Positions 38,791 through 49,864 of a stretch of 64,000 nucleotides of DNA are shown in pieces (the stretch's first letter is position 1; every line of letters begins with the position of its first letter). Source of the DNA: Camelus dromedarius (taxonomy: Eukaryota); assembly GCF_036321535.1 (NCBI RefSeq), contig NC_087437.1, positions 113,338,001 to 113,402,000 on the forward strand. The letters run 5' to 3'. The position numbers and the translations under genes were made by a program. Below the pieces are notes generated by a model. The model was given only the letters and a program-made list of their open reading frames with translations, was not told the origin of the DNA and did no database searches.

Positions 38791-40889
38791 TCAAACACAA
38801 GACCACAGATCTGTTCCGTCAAGTCAGCATGCATCACCTTAGATTTCAGGGTTCTGGAGGAGATCAGAAACTTGAAGTTTCAAACAGCAAAAGAAGGTCA
38901 AGTTTCTAAAACATGTAAGAGAGCAAAAACAGGAGATTGTATAGTTTTAGAAAAATACAAAAATGCAAAGAAGAACTTTGCAGGTAGAGTTGGAAGGTTC
39001 TGAACTGGCTTCCAGTCTTTAGTTCTGGTGGGTTGTTACCCTGCTCCTGGTGTCAGAATTGAGGGTGATGTGAGAATAAAAGCCTTGAAATACAGTCTTC
39101 AGGACCCAGAAGCCAGCTTAGCATGAGGGCTCCATATCCTTCCTCCCCTGCCCTTCGCCCTGGGCTGACCATTTTCTGGCTGAGGTGGTCACAACGCCTC
39201 CCAGATTACGGGCTCTCCAGAAAGCCTTCAGCAAGTGGTTTGTAATAAACATTTGGAGACTTTCGCCCCTCCCTCTCCCCTCCCATCCTCCTTAGTCTCT
39301 CCCTCCTCCTCTTCTCTATTTTTAAAATCTCTTCTATCATCCAACAAGTATTTGTTCAAAATCTAGTTTGTTTTGAGGACAGGGCAAAATCATGTGGAAA
39401 GAAAACAGAAGAGACTCTCCCCAGCTCGATGAGTTCATGGTAGGGTGATCATATAATTCACCGTCTAAACTAGGACACTTTCAAGAGTGACAGGATGCAC
39501 TTATGATTACGACTGCCATGGGCCACGTGGGACGAAGTGTCACCCTGGCTCTCTGTGGATCTCCTTTCTGTCAAGATGTGACAGTTCTGTCCTCTGGGAC
39601 AATGCAAACAACGAGGTCGTCATGTTAACAATAGCCAGCACTGTGCTGAGTGTGATATACACATTCTCTGATTTAAAACCCACAATGACAATGAGTCTGT
39701 GATAACGCCCACTGCTCTAGATGGAAAACTTAAAATGATACAGTTAACATGTGATTAAAGTGGGATTTAAATCAGGGAGAGTGACCAGAGGAACCACCCA
39801 TTTGACATGGCATTATTCGTGTCGGTTTGTGTAATGTTTTCATTGGATTCAAGATGCTCTGTCCATGCTGCAATCTGGCCTCCTCGCTGAAGCTATTCTG
39901 CAGAGATATTCTTCTTCAAACTGAAATAGACCTTTACAGGTAACTAAGCAAAGCCAGGTTTGGGGCCAGTCTTAGGTGAGGAGGAAGAGCTGCTTGAAGA
40001 GAAACTGGTGGCAGGAGGACTTCTGTTTGGCCCTAAGTGTAGCCTGTGATCTGAATGTTCTAGATATATCATCATCCCAAGGGGTCTTCTGAAAGCAGCA
40101 GAGACCTGCTAGAGAAGGAAAGAGTCTCTGTGCAAATGAATCTGTTTGTTCTGGGAAAACAGCAAAGACAACCAACCTTTCAATCATTTATTTTTAAGCC
40201 CTTGAGGTCTTCTTTGTAACCCCCCAGTTGCCCTGCTTCATGCGTCCTCATAATATATGGTAGGAAAACCCTAAAATTACTAAAAACTACATAATTTTTG
40301 CCTCTTGCCTCCCATCCCTGAGTTTGTCACCTCTTTTGCCTCTTATCCCTGAATTTGTAACCTCTGATTAACCCTCCTTGGTATTTAAACAGCTAATCTG
40401 GTGCTGGCTGACGAGTCAACACTGTGCAAATCTCAAAGTGACTTCACAGCGACCTTCAGATCTCTATTTATTTGGTATTTCCTTTGTGTTCCTTTATACG
40501 AACTGACCAACCTTTGCTAATAAATAAAAGTATTCACCAAAGTCAGTAGATAAGAATTTCTGTGAACAGAGTGTCTTGTGACATTAGCTTGTCCTTCAAA
40601 GTATAAAACCAACTGAGAAAAGTATTTTTGGAAACTGGTTCAGGTTGATACATACGTATGTGAAAGCATGCATGTATTCCTCCGTCAGCCTGTATTTACT
40701 GAGTGCCTACTATGTGCCTGGTTCAGTTCTAGGCAGCGACAAGCAAAAAATCCTTGCTTCACGGAACCACCATCCTAGTGGATAATAAGTAAGTAATATT
40801 TGTTATACGTCAGATGGAGATAACTGATATGGAGAAAAATAAAGCAGAAAAGGATAACTGAGAGTAGAAGCTATGTTTTACAGCAGAGT

Positions 40890-41808
40890 GCCTCGGTGGG
40901 AATGTAGTTTGGTGCTGCCATTATGGAAAACACTATGGAGTTTCCTTAAAAAACTACAAAAGGACTTACCATATGATCCAGCAATCCCATCCTGGGCATA
41001 TATCTGGAGGAAACTCTAATTCAAAAGGATTCATGCAACCAATGTTCATAGCAGCACTATTTACAATAGCCAAGACATTAAAAATCTAAATGTTCATCAG
41101 CAGATGACTGGATAAAGAAGTTCTGGTGTGTGTGTGTGTGTGTGTGTATATATAAAATACATAAATATATAATATATAATATATAAATATATATAATATA
41201 TAAATATATATTATATATAAAAATATATTATATATAAATATATTATATATAAATATACACATAATTATATATAATATATAAATATATAATATATAAATAT
41301 ATATAATATATAAATAAAAATAAATATATATATATATAAATATTACTCAGCCATAAAAAAGAATAAAATAAAGCCCTTTGCAACAACATGGATGGTCCTG
41401 GAGATTGTCATACTAAGTGAAGTAAGCCAGAAAGAGAAAGAAAAATACCATATGATATCACTCATATGTGGAATCTGAAAAAATGACTCAAATGAACTTA
41501 TTTACAAAACAGAAACAAGCTCACAGTCGCAGGAAACAAAGTTATGGTAACCGGGAAGGGGATGGAGGTGGAAAGGGATAAATTAGGAGTTTGAGATTTG
41601 CAGATACTAACTACTATATATAAAACAGATAAATAACAAGTTTCTACTGTACAGCACAGGGAACTTTATCCAATATCTTGTAGTAACTCATAATGAAAAA
41701 GAATATGAAAAGGAATATATGCATGTATGACTGAAGCATTATGCTGTACACTGGAAATTGACACAACATTGTAAACTGACTATACTCCAATAAAATGAAA
41801 AAAAAAAT
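40890..41808 (+). mobile_element. Lineage-type L1 3' end with internal (TG)n and TA-rich expansion
   Basis: ORF2-end and 3'UTR motifs (catatgatccagcaatccca, aatgttcatagcagcactatttacaatagccaagaca, ctaagtgaagtaagccaga) and an A tail. Confidence 0.9.
41126..41340. repeat. (GT)n followed by ~190 bp TA-rich degenerate repeat
   Basis: Seen directly, inside the L1. Confidence 0.9.
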
Positions 41809-41814
41809 AGAGCG

Positions 41815-42240
41815 GTTATCCATGTTCATTGCAGTCTTACTCACAACGGTCAAGATTTGGTAACAACCTGAATGTTCTTTGATGGATGAGTGGATAAAGA
41901 AAATATGGTAGATACATACAACAGAATATTATTCAGTCTTAAAAAAAGAAGGAAATCCTGCCATTTGTGACAACATGGATGAACCTGGAGGGCATTATTT
42001 TAAGTGAGATAAGCCAGACAAAGAAAGACAAAGACTGCATGATCTCACGAATAACGTGTAATCTAAAATAGTCAAACTCAGAAACACAGAGCAGAACGGT
42101 AGTTATCAGGGGCTGGGGTGGGGGGCGGGGGAAATGGTGAGGTATTGGTCAAGGGTACCAAGTTTCAGTTATGCAAGATGAATAAGTTCTGGAGATCTAA
42201 CATATAACATGACTATGATTAACAACACTGCTTATCGCTA
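41815..42240 (+). mobile_element. Older L1 (L1MA-like) 3' fragment
   Basis: gaaggaaatcctgccatttgtgacaacatggatgaacctggagggcattat; atgaataagttctggagatctaa. Confidence 0.8.
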
Positions 42241-43527
42241 AGAGGATTAAATTAAAAATAAATTAATAATATTGCTTGAGTTAAAATTTATGGAATATTC
42301 CTACTTGCATAAGTCTGTGTCTTAATTTGGTTCTTCGCAAAAGCAGAGTGTTGGAGACAGTTGGTTTTTTATTAAGAACAAACATATAGATGTAACTGAT
42401 CTCAGATGTTTCCTAGCAGCGCAAATAAACCTGTAGCCCTTCGATGAGTCACAGGACCACAATCCCATATGTATATTCTGAAAGCCAAAAATCTCTGAAC
42501 TGCAAGTGTTTTGGGGAACTTATCTGAAAGCAAAACCAGACTGAACAGAACTCATCTGGCGGTGACCTTGAACTGGGATTCTGAAACTATGTATGTTTTT
42601 TATATATTCCACCTAAGATGAATGTTCATCTGTGTCACTGCCGAAATATTAATGTGTTCAGTCACAGGGTGGTGTGCATTGCTCTGTAATCGACACTATA
42701 AACACTCAGTCATCTTTATGAGAATTCTGTTTTCTGAAACATCTGGCCTCACTGGGTTTGCATAAGGGTCTCTAATCCCGTACTGTGCTTGCTGTTCGGA
42801 GATGAACGTGCTGGCTTCCCCTTTCCTCAAGAAATAAGGCTGATGGCTGTTTTCTTGCTGTGGGAACACATCAGAATTCCTCTTCTAAGTCCCCGGAGAT
42901 TCTGCAGAGCAGGATCTGTGTCTGACACGTTTGTCTAGCTCACGTGTGTGAGTGCCATATTTTGAGTAGATGCTGTTATGTGGTGACGAAGCTTCTGGTT
43001 CGTTCCTTTCCAAATAGGGCACCACCTTGGAGAAAGGTGGTATGAAGCTGAGTGACTCTGGGCTCCTGTCCTTCACTCATCAGTAATGGGCAATGGGAAT
43101 TAGAAGGAGACATCCTGGTGGTTGGCCAAATGTGTGACTCCACGCCTGCTGATCTTTTAGTGATAACAGGAAAATCCTCTGTCGACATGATAGACTCATG
43201 AGTCTCAGGGCAGTATTCAAGCCTTTAAGAGCCTGACAAGTTAAATCAGTCTTGGTTTGGGATCCCTGCTTGCATTTAGACTATGCCACCCTGGGCAACC
43301 AGTTCCTCACTGTCACCCACATGATCCAGCTTGATTCCACAACACACTTACTACATAAGTTTCACCATAAATTCTTTCTTTCTTTTTTTTTTTTTTTTTG
43401 AGAGAAATGTGTCTGGTCTGTGATCCGGAGAGATTCCTAATCCAATGAATTCCAGAGCTCCCCTCCTTCAAATTTTTCACTTTCATCTCCCCACCTTCAG
43501 CTCCCCAAGCCTCTGAAACACAACTTA

Positions 43528-43528
<1 letters not shown>

Positions 43529-43564
<36 letters not shown>
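43529..43564. repeat. Poly(A)36 run
   Basis: Seen directly. Confidence 0.9.
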
Positions 43565-43567
<3 letters not shown>

Positions 43568-44084
43568 TTGAGCATGAGTTTAGAAAATCTAGGAGAACCA
43601 GAAAGAGAAACAGATTCTCAGCATCTTCAGGGACCAGGGAGATGATGGATTTAACCTCTGAGTGCAGAACTCCTAGAATTTGTCATGGAGAGAGGAGAGC
43701 CAGCCCCTCATGCATAACAAAGCCCATCTCTGGTCCAAGCAGATCACCTGGCTCCTCTTGCTTCTATGTTGGGGCTTCTGCAACTTCTCAGAAGGGCCCT
43801 GCAGAAATTCGAAGGAGGGGTGTGGCCTCCCATTCTTTCTTCCAGGATTTACCATCCCTGCTCTTGCATATTTAAGCAGTACAGGGGCATCTTGCAGTTG
43901 GGCACCTGTTGAGCTTAACGCTTGACTTCTGGGAAAGTGAGGAAATAGGTGTTTGGGTGTCCAGGTATGTGTCTGGGGGTGATTTTAATGGCTCTGAAAC
44001 TTGAAGTTGTTCCATAAAACACCCAAGCGGCCAGTAGAATCAGGATCTTTTCCCTAAAATCCACAAGGGCCACAGGAACGGCCG

Positions 44085-44147
44085 TCATTGGCTAGGATTT
44101 CAGGCCACCCAAATAAGGTGGAAAGGCGGGGTATGCAAACCCCGCCC
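44085..44147 (+). promoter_or_regulatory. CLIC6 upstream motif cluster: inverted CCAAT, CArG box, two inverted GC boxes
   Basis: ATTGG 44087-44091; CCAAATAAGG 44109-44118; GGCGGGGT-ATGCAA-ACCCCGCC 44125-44146. Confidence 0.55.
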
Positions 44148-44577
44148 AAGCCCCCAGGGGATGGAGTTGGCACCTGGGACTTCTGGTCAGCTCGTGGATC
44201 GTGGAGCAGGCACTTCAAGGAGTGTAGGAGCTAAGTGGCCCTCCCCAGCCACACGCTCACCTCCGCGGGTGCATTTCCAGGGAACCAAGGTCAGAATTAG
44301 GGTCCAGGTGGTAAGCAGACGCGGAACCAGGGAGAAGCACGAGAAGTGGAAGAAGACCTCAGAGAGCTTAAACTCAGGGTAAGGGCCGCCGTGTCTTGGG
44401 GCGAGAGGATTTCGCCCCGCGCGACCAGCGCACCGCCCCGGCGCCGCCAGAGCCCGGAGCAGCGGTCCTCTCGGAGGGGGCGCAGTGGTCCCCGGCACCG
44501 CGCCCTTCGCCCAGCGCCACCTGCCTCCTCAGCAGCGTCAAGGAAGGATCTCTGGTCAAAGACAGGGCTCTGCGGCC

Positions 44578-45705
44578 ATGGCCGAGGCCGGGGAGCCGGA
44601 GAGGGGCGCCCCGGGTCCCCAGAGCCCGGCCGAGGAGCCGGCGCTGCAGGAGGAGAGACGGGGCGAGCCGGGGGCTGCCGGCCCGGAGGTGCACGGGGAG
44701 GAGGCGAGCGACGGCGCGGCGGAGGCGCCGAGGGGAGAGGGGGCGGATGCAGCCGGGACCGCCGCGGTGACGGAAGGAGAAGGCCCGGGGCCGGACGGAG
44801 GGCGCGCGGGCGAGGTGGCGCCGGGCGCGGGCGGTGACCCGGGGGCCGAGCCGCCGGGCGCGAGGGGAGCGCAAGGCGAGGCCGAGGCGGAGGGGGTCGC
44901 CCGGGAGGGAGAGGAGCAGGTGAGCGGCGCGGAGCAGGTGGAAGAGGCAAGCTCAGGGCGCGGCGAGCAGGGCGAGGCCCCCGGGGAGGCTCAGGGGGAG
45001 CCGGGGGACACTGCGGCCCCCGAGGCGAAGGGAGAGGCGGAGCGCGGGCCCGAGGAGCCCGGGGCGGTGGGGGACAGCACCGACGCCGAGGGGCCGGCGG
45101 GGGACAGCACGGTCGCGGAGGGGCCGGCGGCGGACAGCATGGAGGTTGGGGGGCGGGCAGAAGGGGCACACGGGGCCGAGGGTGAGCCCCCGGACGGAGG
45201 GGACGGCAGCCCCCAACCGCAGGCCGAGGCGTCCGAGGCCACGGCGGCGGAAAGCGCGGAGTGCAGCCCTGGGGAGCTTGCGGGGGATCCTCGGGGTGCA
45301 GCGACGGCCGCCCCGGAGCAGGCGGGGGCCCAGGAGGGAGCAGAGTCGGAGGAAACGGCTCCCGCGGACGCGAGGGCAAACGCCGGTGAGGACGCGGACC
45401 AGGGTGGGGCCCGGGAGGAGACGGAGAAGGCCGAGGGAGAGAGGCGGGAGCCGGGTCCAGAGGGGCCAGGCGAGGAGTCCACTGCCGGGGGCGAGGAGGA
45501 GCCCGCCGACCGCAGCGCGGATGCGGAGGTGGCCCCGCCGACGGGGGCGGCGGAGCCCGAGGCCGAGCTGAGCAACCACCTGGCGGAGGAGGGCAGCGCC
45601 GAGCGCGGCGAGGAGCCGGCGCGGGTGAACGGCCGCCGGGAGGACGGCGAGGCGTCTGACGAGGGGGCCCTGGGGCAGGAGCACGACATCACCCTCTTCG
45701 TGAAG
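44578..45705 (+). CDS. CLIC6: CLIC6 (chloride intracellular channel 6, parchorin) coding exon 1, 376 codons; downstream exons not seen in the window
   Basis: Strong Kozak GCGGCCATGG. Encodes an acidic Glu/Gly/Ala-rich N-terminus starting MAEAGEPE, GDSxxAEGPA repeats, ELSNHLAEEG, and ends EHDITLFVK (start of the CLIC domain) at a phase-0 donor AAG|GTAAGT (45706). RCAN1-CLIC6 adjacency is known synteny. Confidence 0.96.
45070..45159 (+). repeat. Coding 30-bp minisatellite (3 decapeptide units) in CLIC6 exon 1
   Basis: GDSTDAEGPA / GDSTVAEGPA / ADSMEVGGRA. Confidence 0.85.
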
Positions 45706-47554
45706 GTAAGTCTCGCTTCCCCCAACTCCCGTGCCTAGTCTTGGTCTTCTCAGATCCTATCCTAGACGGACACGCGGGGATCACACTCTAGGCGTCCTGA
45801 TTGTCACCAAGCGCTTCTGTCCGCGGGAGGGAGGCGGGGCAGCCTGGGTTTCAAAAGGAATGCTACGAGGAAGAATTGAGGGTTTGGAAGCAAAAAGGTT
45901 GAGGTAGGACTGGTGGGAAGTGGGGTCCGGCATCCCACTGTCCTTTGTCCTGAAAATCCTAACTGGCTCTTCTAGTCAGGAGGTTGTTAAAGAACTTAAA
46001 AAAAAAAAAAAAAAGCAACAAACTCTATTGATGTTCAAAGCAATTTCTGCCAAAGGAAATGCTAATACTTGAAGTGAAAAAATGCAAACAGGTAGGTTGT
46101 AATGTGAGACAGTATCCTGGACTCAAATCTCAGAGGCCCAGAGCTGGCCAACATTTTCAGCTCCAAAGAGGTTTTCCATTTTGGAAGAATCGATAAGGCA
46201 GGTTTGGGAGGAAAATGGAAGTTCATTTCACTGCTATAATATTTAGTGAACATTTGAACATTTATTTTGGAAGACTACAAGAAGCTGATGACAAACATCA
46301 CCTGCTTTTATGTCATATGTTCAGCCTTCAAAGATTCAGAGAACAAAGGTTCTGTTAAAGTTTCTGTAGAGACACAAGTGAGGAAGTTCTGAGTTGAAAC
46401 AGGCATTCCTAGGAGGCATCACAAGTAAGGAACAAGGTCCAGGGGCAGCTCACAGGAGAATCTTTGTTGAAAAAGCCCTTCCCAGAGACCTTTGGCCAGA
46501 TTGGGAGAGCAGCAGGTAATAAGGTCAAGAATGTGCATTGTAAGTTGAATCATAATCCATCCAAAATACTTTCAGGCTTATGGAGGCCAGTTATGGCCTA
46601 AACCTCCTTGACAGAAATGTAAGCAAATTTTAATAAGAAACAAAACAAAACAAAAAACCCCCTAAAAACCCAAAGTGATTAACATTAGAATTTCAGGAAT
46701 TCTTTGGGTGGCAAGAAAGTTTGGGAAGAAAGGGTATGTGTTCCCTCACTAGTGAGAAGATGCCCTTCTGAGCACTTTTGAAGATGCTGAGACAATTTAA
46801 GATGATGTATTGGGACATAACCTGAGGGCACAACCCCCAGGAGGCTCACTGGGAGCCGGAAGTCTTCAGGAATTTGGAGGAGGGGGAAATCTGAACACTG
46901 TGCTGCTGTGTGTGCCCCACATCTGCTCCTTGGTTTAAGAAATTTCCCCTTTCTCCAGTGGCCTGGCTACAGGGTTCTAGCCTCTTGTTACAGCTTGGAA
47001 ACACAGCTACCTAACTAGTCTCTCTGCACCTATCCTCTGTTCTCTCCGATCGAGTCCCTTCGTAATAGCCAGTGAGCTAGGAAATAAAAGATCATTTGAT
47101 CTTCAGTTGTTTATTGCAGAGTTTCAGATAAACCCACACTCCTTAGCCAGGTCACAAGACTCTGCATGATGTGATTCTTGTCTCCTTGGAATTGCCTGGG
47201 TGCCCCCCGCCTTTGTCACCCGTGGTGCCGCTTTGCTAGCGGTGTTAAACTACATACCGGTCTTTGAGAGAACCACATTCTTTTCTGCCCTGAAATTTTG
47301 CATATTCTGTACTTGAATCGAGTTTCTTCCCCTTCGTCCCTCTCCCTGTCCCCTGTCTGGTTATCTGCTATGTGTCCAAGATCCAGCATGGCTATCGTCT
47401 CCTCTGGGGAGATTTTTCTAGCCTTAATTTGGGTTGGGTTCCCCTCTGTTGAAGCTCCACTCACACATGGCACTGTCCTCGGCGTGCTACCTCTGGTGCG
47501 GAGCACAGGTCGGGGACACGATGGTTTGAGTGGGTGGCTGCCTCTAGGAGGCAG

Positions 47555-47810
47555 CATATCGTAGTGGTCAATAGCACAGATTTTAGAGCCAGTGGGTCTG
47601 GGATCAAATCCTGGCTCTGCTGCTTTCTTGCTGTGTGACATGGCGCAAGTTACTTAACCTTTCTTTGCCTTTGCTGCTTATGTATAAAACGGGAACAATA
47701 ATAGCACCAACTCCACGAGGTGGTTGAGGAGATTCGGGATGGAGACTGTATAAAGCACTTAGAACAGTAAGTGACTTGAAGCAAGCCTGGTGTAAGTGTA
47801 AATTACTATT
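47555..47810 (+). mobile_element. MIR SINE
   Basis: tcaaatcctggctctgc..ctgtgtgac..caagttacttaacct..taaagcacttagaacag. Confidence 0.8.
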
Positions 47811-48448
47811 ACTCCTGCTCAGCTTTGATGAACTTTCATTAATTTTGCACAGGAATAATCCCTTTCTCATTCCATCCCTGCCATTTTAGTTTAATTTTTT
47901 TTAGGGCAGATTCTCTAGGTACCCAATTGCCTCCATACTCCGGGGAAAAGGATGTCATGAAAAGTAGAAGCATGTTGTTTTCTCAGATTCTGCTCTGAGG
48001 AGTTTATGGAGGCAGAGGCAAGGGCCACACCGTGGATGGCTTGTCCAGACTCTGTCTGTGACGATTGGTTTGGTGCTCAGTTGTTCTCTTCCTTTCCTTA
48101 AGGAAACAAACGGATCTCCAAACAGTGAGATTGGTTTTCAAACAACTACTTTATACAGCTCCTGAGGGGCACTTAGAATTGCTCAAGCATCCCACTTTCT
48201 TCTTAGTTTTCTAATCAAAAGATCCCAAAGCAAAAACCAAGCAAAAGTCCTTTAGACTGTTTCATCTTTTGAGTTTGTAATATTTGATTTAAGAATCCTT
48301 AAATTAGTTCAGAGTAGGATTTCTTTGCTGGATTTAACCTTTTCGAGTTGCCTTCTTTGGGCTCTATTTTGTCTGGCCTCAGTGTTCCACAGTGAGCATC
48401 TGACCTCCTGGTTTTGTAAACATGTCAGGTGTGTCATGGTGGGTTTTC

Positions 48449-48973
48449 TTTTCTTTTTTAAAAAATGTTTTCTTTCTTTTGTTTTAAACCTTTTTTTTAT
48501 TGAAGCATAGTCAGTTTACAATGTTGTGTCAGTTTCTGGTGTGCGGCATAATGCTTCGGTCATGCATGTGCATATATATATTCCTTTTCATATTCTTTTT
48601 CATTGTAGGTTACTACAAGTTATTGAATATAGTTCCCTGTGCTATAGTGAAGAAGCCTGTTGTTTATCTATTTTACATGTAGTAGTTAGTATCTGCAAAT
48701 CTGGAACTTCCAATTTATCCCTTTCCACCCCCTTTCCCCCTGGTAACTATAAGTTTGTTTTCTATGCCTGTGAGACTGTTTCTGTTTTGTAAAGAAGTTC
48801 ATTTTTGTATTTTTTTTTTTTTTTAGAGTCCACATATAAGTGATATCATATGGCATTTTTCTTTCTCTTTCTGGCTTACTTCACTTAGAATGATAATCTC
48901 CAGGTCCATCTATGTTGCTGCAAAGGGCATTATTTCATTTTTTATGGATGAGTAGTATTCCATTATACATATA
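48449..48973 (-). mobile_element. Lineage-type L1 3' end
   Basis: T-rich tail and L1 3'UTR; perfect TSD GTGGGTTTTC 48439-48448 / 48974-48983. Confidence 0.9.
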
Positions 48974-49751
48974 GTGGGTTTTCGATGCCATGGCTGGAGT
49001 GTAGAACTCACAGAACTGTTCTTTACAGAGAGTGCTGCGATGCTGCTCTAGACATTCCCTTAGCCTTCAGGATAGCCTGGTAAAAACTGTTTTACACTAA
49101 TTAGCTCACACTTTATTTGGGAACTTTTAACTTTTACATTTCTTCCTATTTTAAAAAATAAATATCTAGGTTAAAAATATACCAGAAAATAATGACATAG
49201 AATCCAGTAAAATGTAATAATAAAATATGCTTCTAATTTAAGCCACCTGGTGGTTTATATTCCCCACCTTTGTGCGAATTGTCATTTTATTAATTTGTCA
49301 TTTTGTTTCATTCTGTACCTATGTAAGAATGTATGCTTGGATGTGAAAGATCCAGGAACATATAGGACAGGCCACAGGAAGGCCTCCCAGAATTCTTGTA
49401 TGGGAAATTAACTGCCTCTCATTGCTAATTTTTAGTTTTGTTTTCTCAAAGTGTTAATTATTTGCCATCAAATTATAGGGTAACCCTGCAATGTATTTAG
49501 TAAGAAAGACTCTTCTTCTCTACTCATGAAAATGGAGGATAACAACATAATAACACACCATCATAGTGCCAACAAATGGCAGAAGAGATGCTAATACTGT
49601 AAATAACAGTGTTAGCGACTGCGGGGATTTAGTCGCTAAGGAAGTCTGGCTTACAGGTTCGGTTCTGGCACTCGGAGGGAGGGCCTAACAGGCGGGACAG
49701 TCTGAGATAGGATTTCCTGGCAAATTTCACACGACTTTAAAAAACCTTAGG

Positions 49752-49864
49752 TAGGTGGAGGATATAGCTTAGTGGTAGAGTGAATGCTTGGTATGCACGA
49801 GGTCCTGGGTTCAATCCCCAGTGCCTCCATTAAGGGTGGGGTGGGGTAAAATTAAAAAAAAAAA
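49752..49864 (+). mobile_element. Camelid tRNA-derived SINE (short form)
   Basis: atatagcttagtggtagag..gtcctgggttcaatccccag; A tail; TSD aaaaaacctta on both sides. Confidence 0.88.

Larger units (their letters stand above)
44300..45845. promoter_or_regulatory. CpG island / CLIC6 promoter and exon 1
   Basis: Dense CpG, high-GC block spanning the 5' UTR and exon 1. Confidence 0.85.

Noticed and set aside
43383..43564. T17 and A36 runs flanking ~130 bp, resembling a small retrocopy
   Set aside because: No TSD and no recognisable body.
44485..44577. 31-codon in-frame extension upstream of the CLIC6 ATG
   Set aside because: Starts at GTG; the ATG at 44578 has a strong Kozak context and the expected MAEA start.
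44297..45725. Long overlapping ORFs (360, 243 and 244 aa on minus; 163 and 141 aa on plus) across CLIC6 exon 1
   Set aside because: Shadow ORFs of a very GC-rich, stop-poor exon; Pro/Arg/Ala/Ser low complexity with no recognisable domain.
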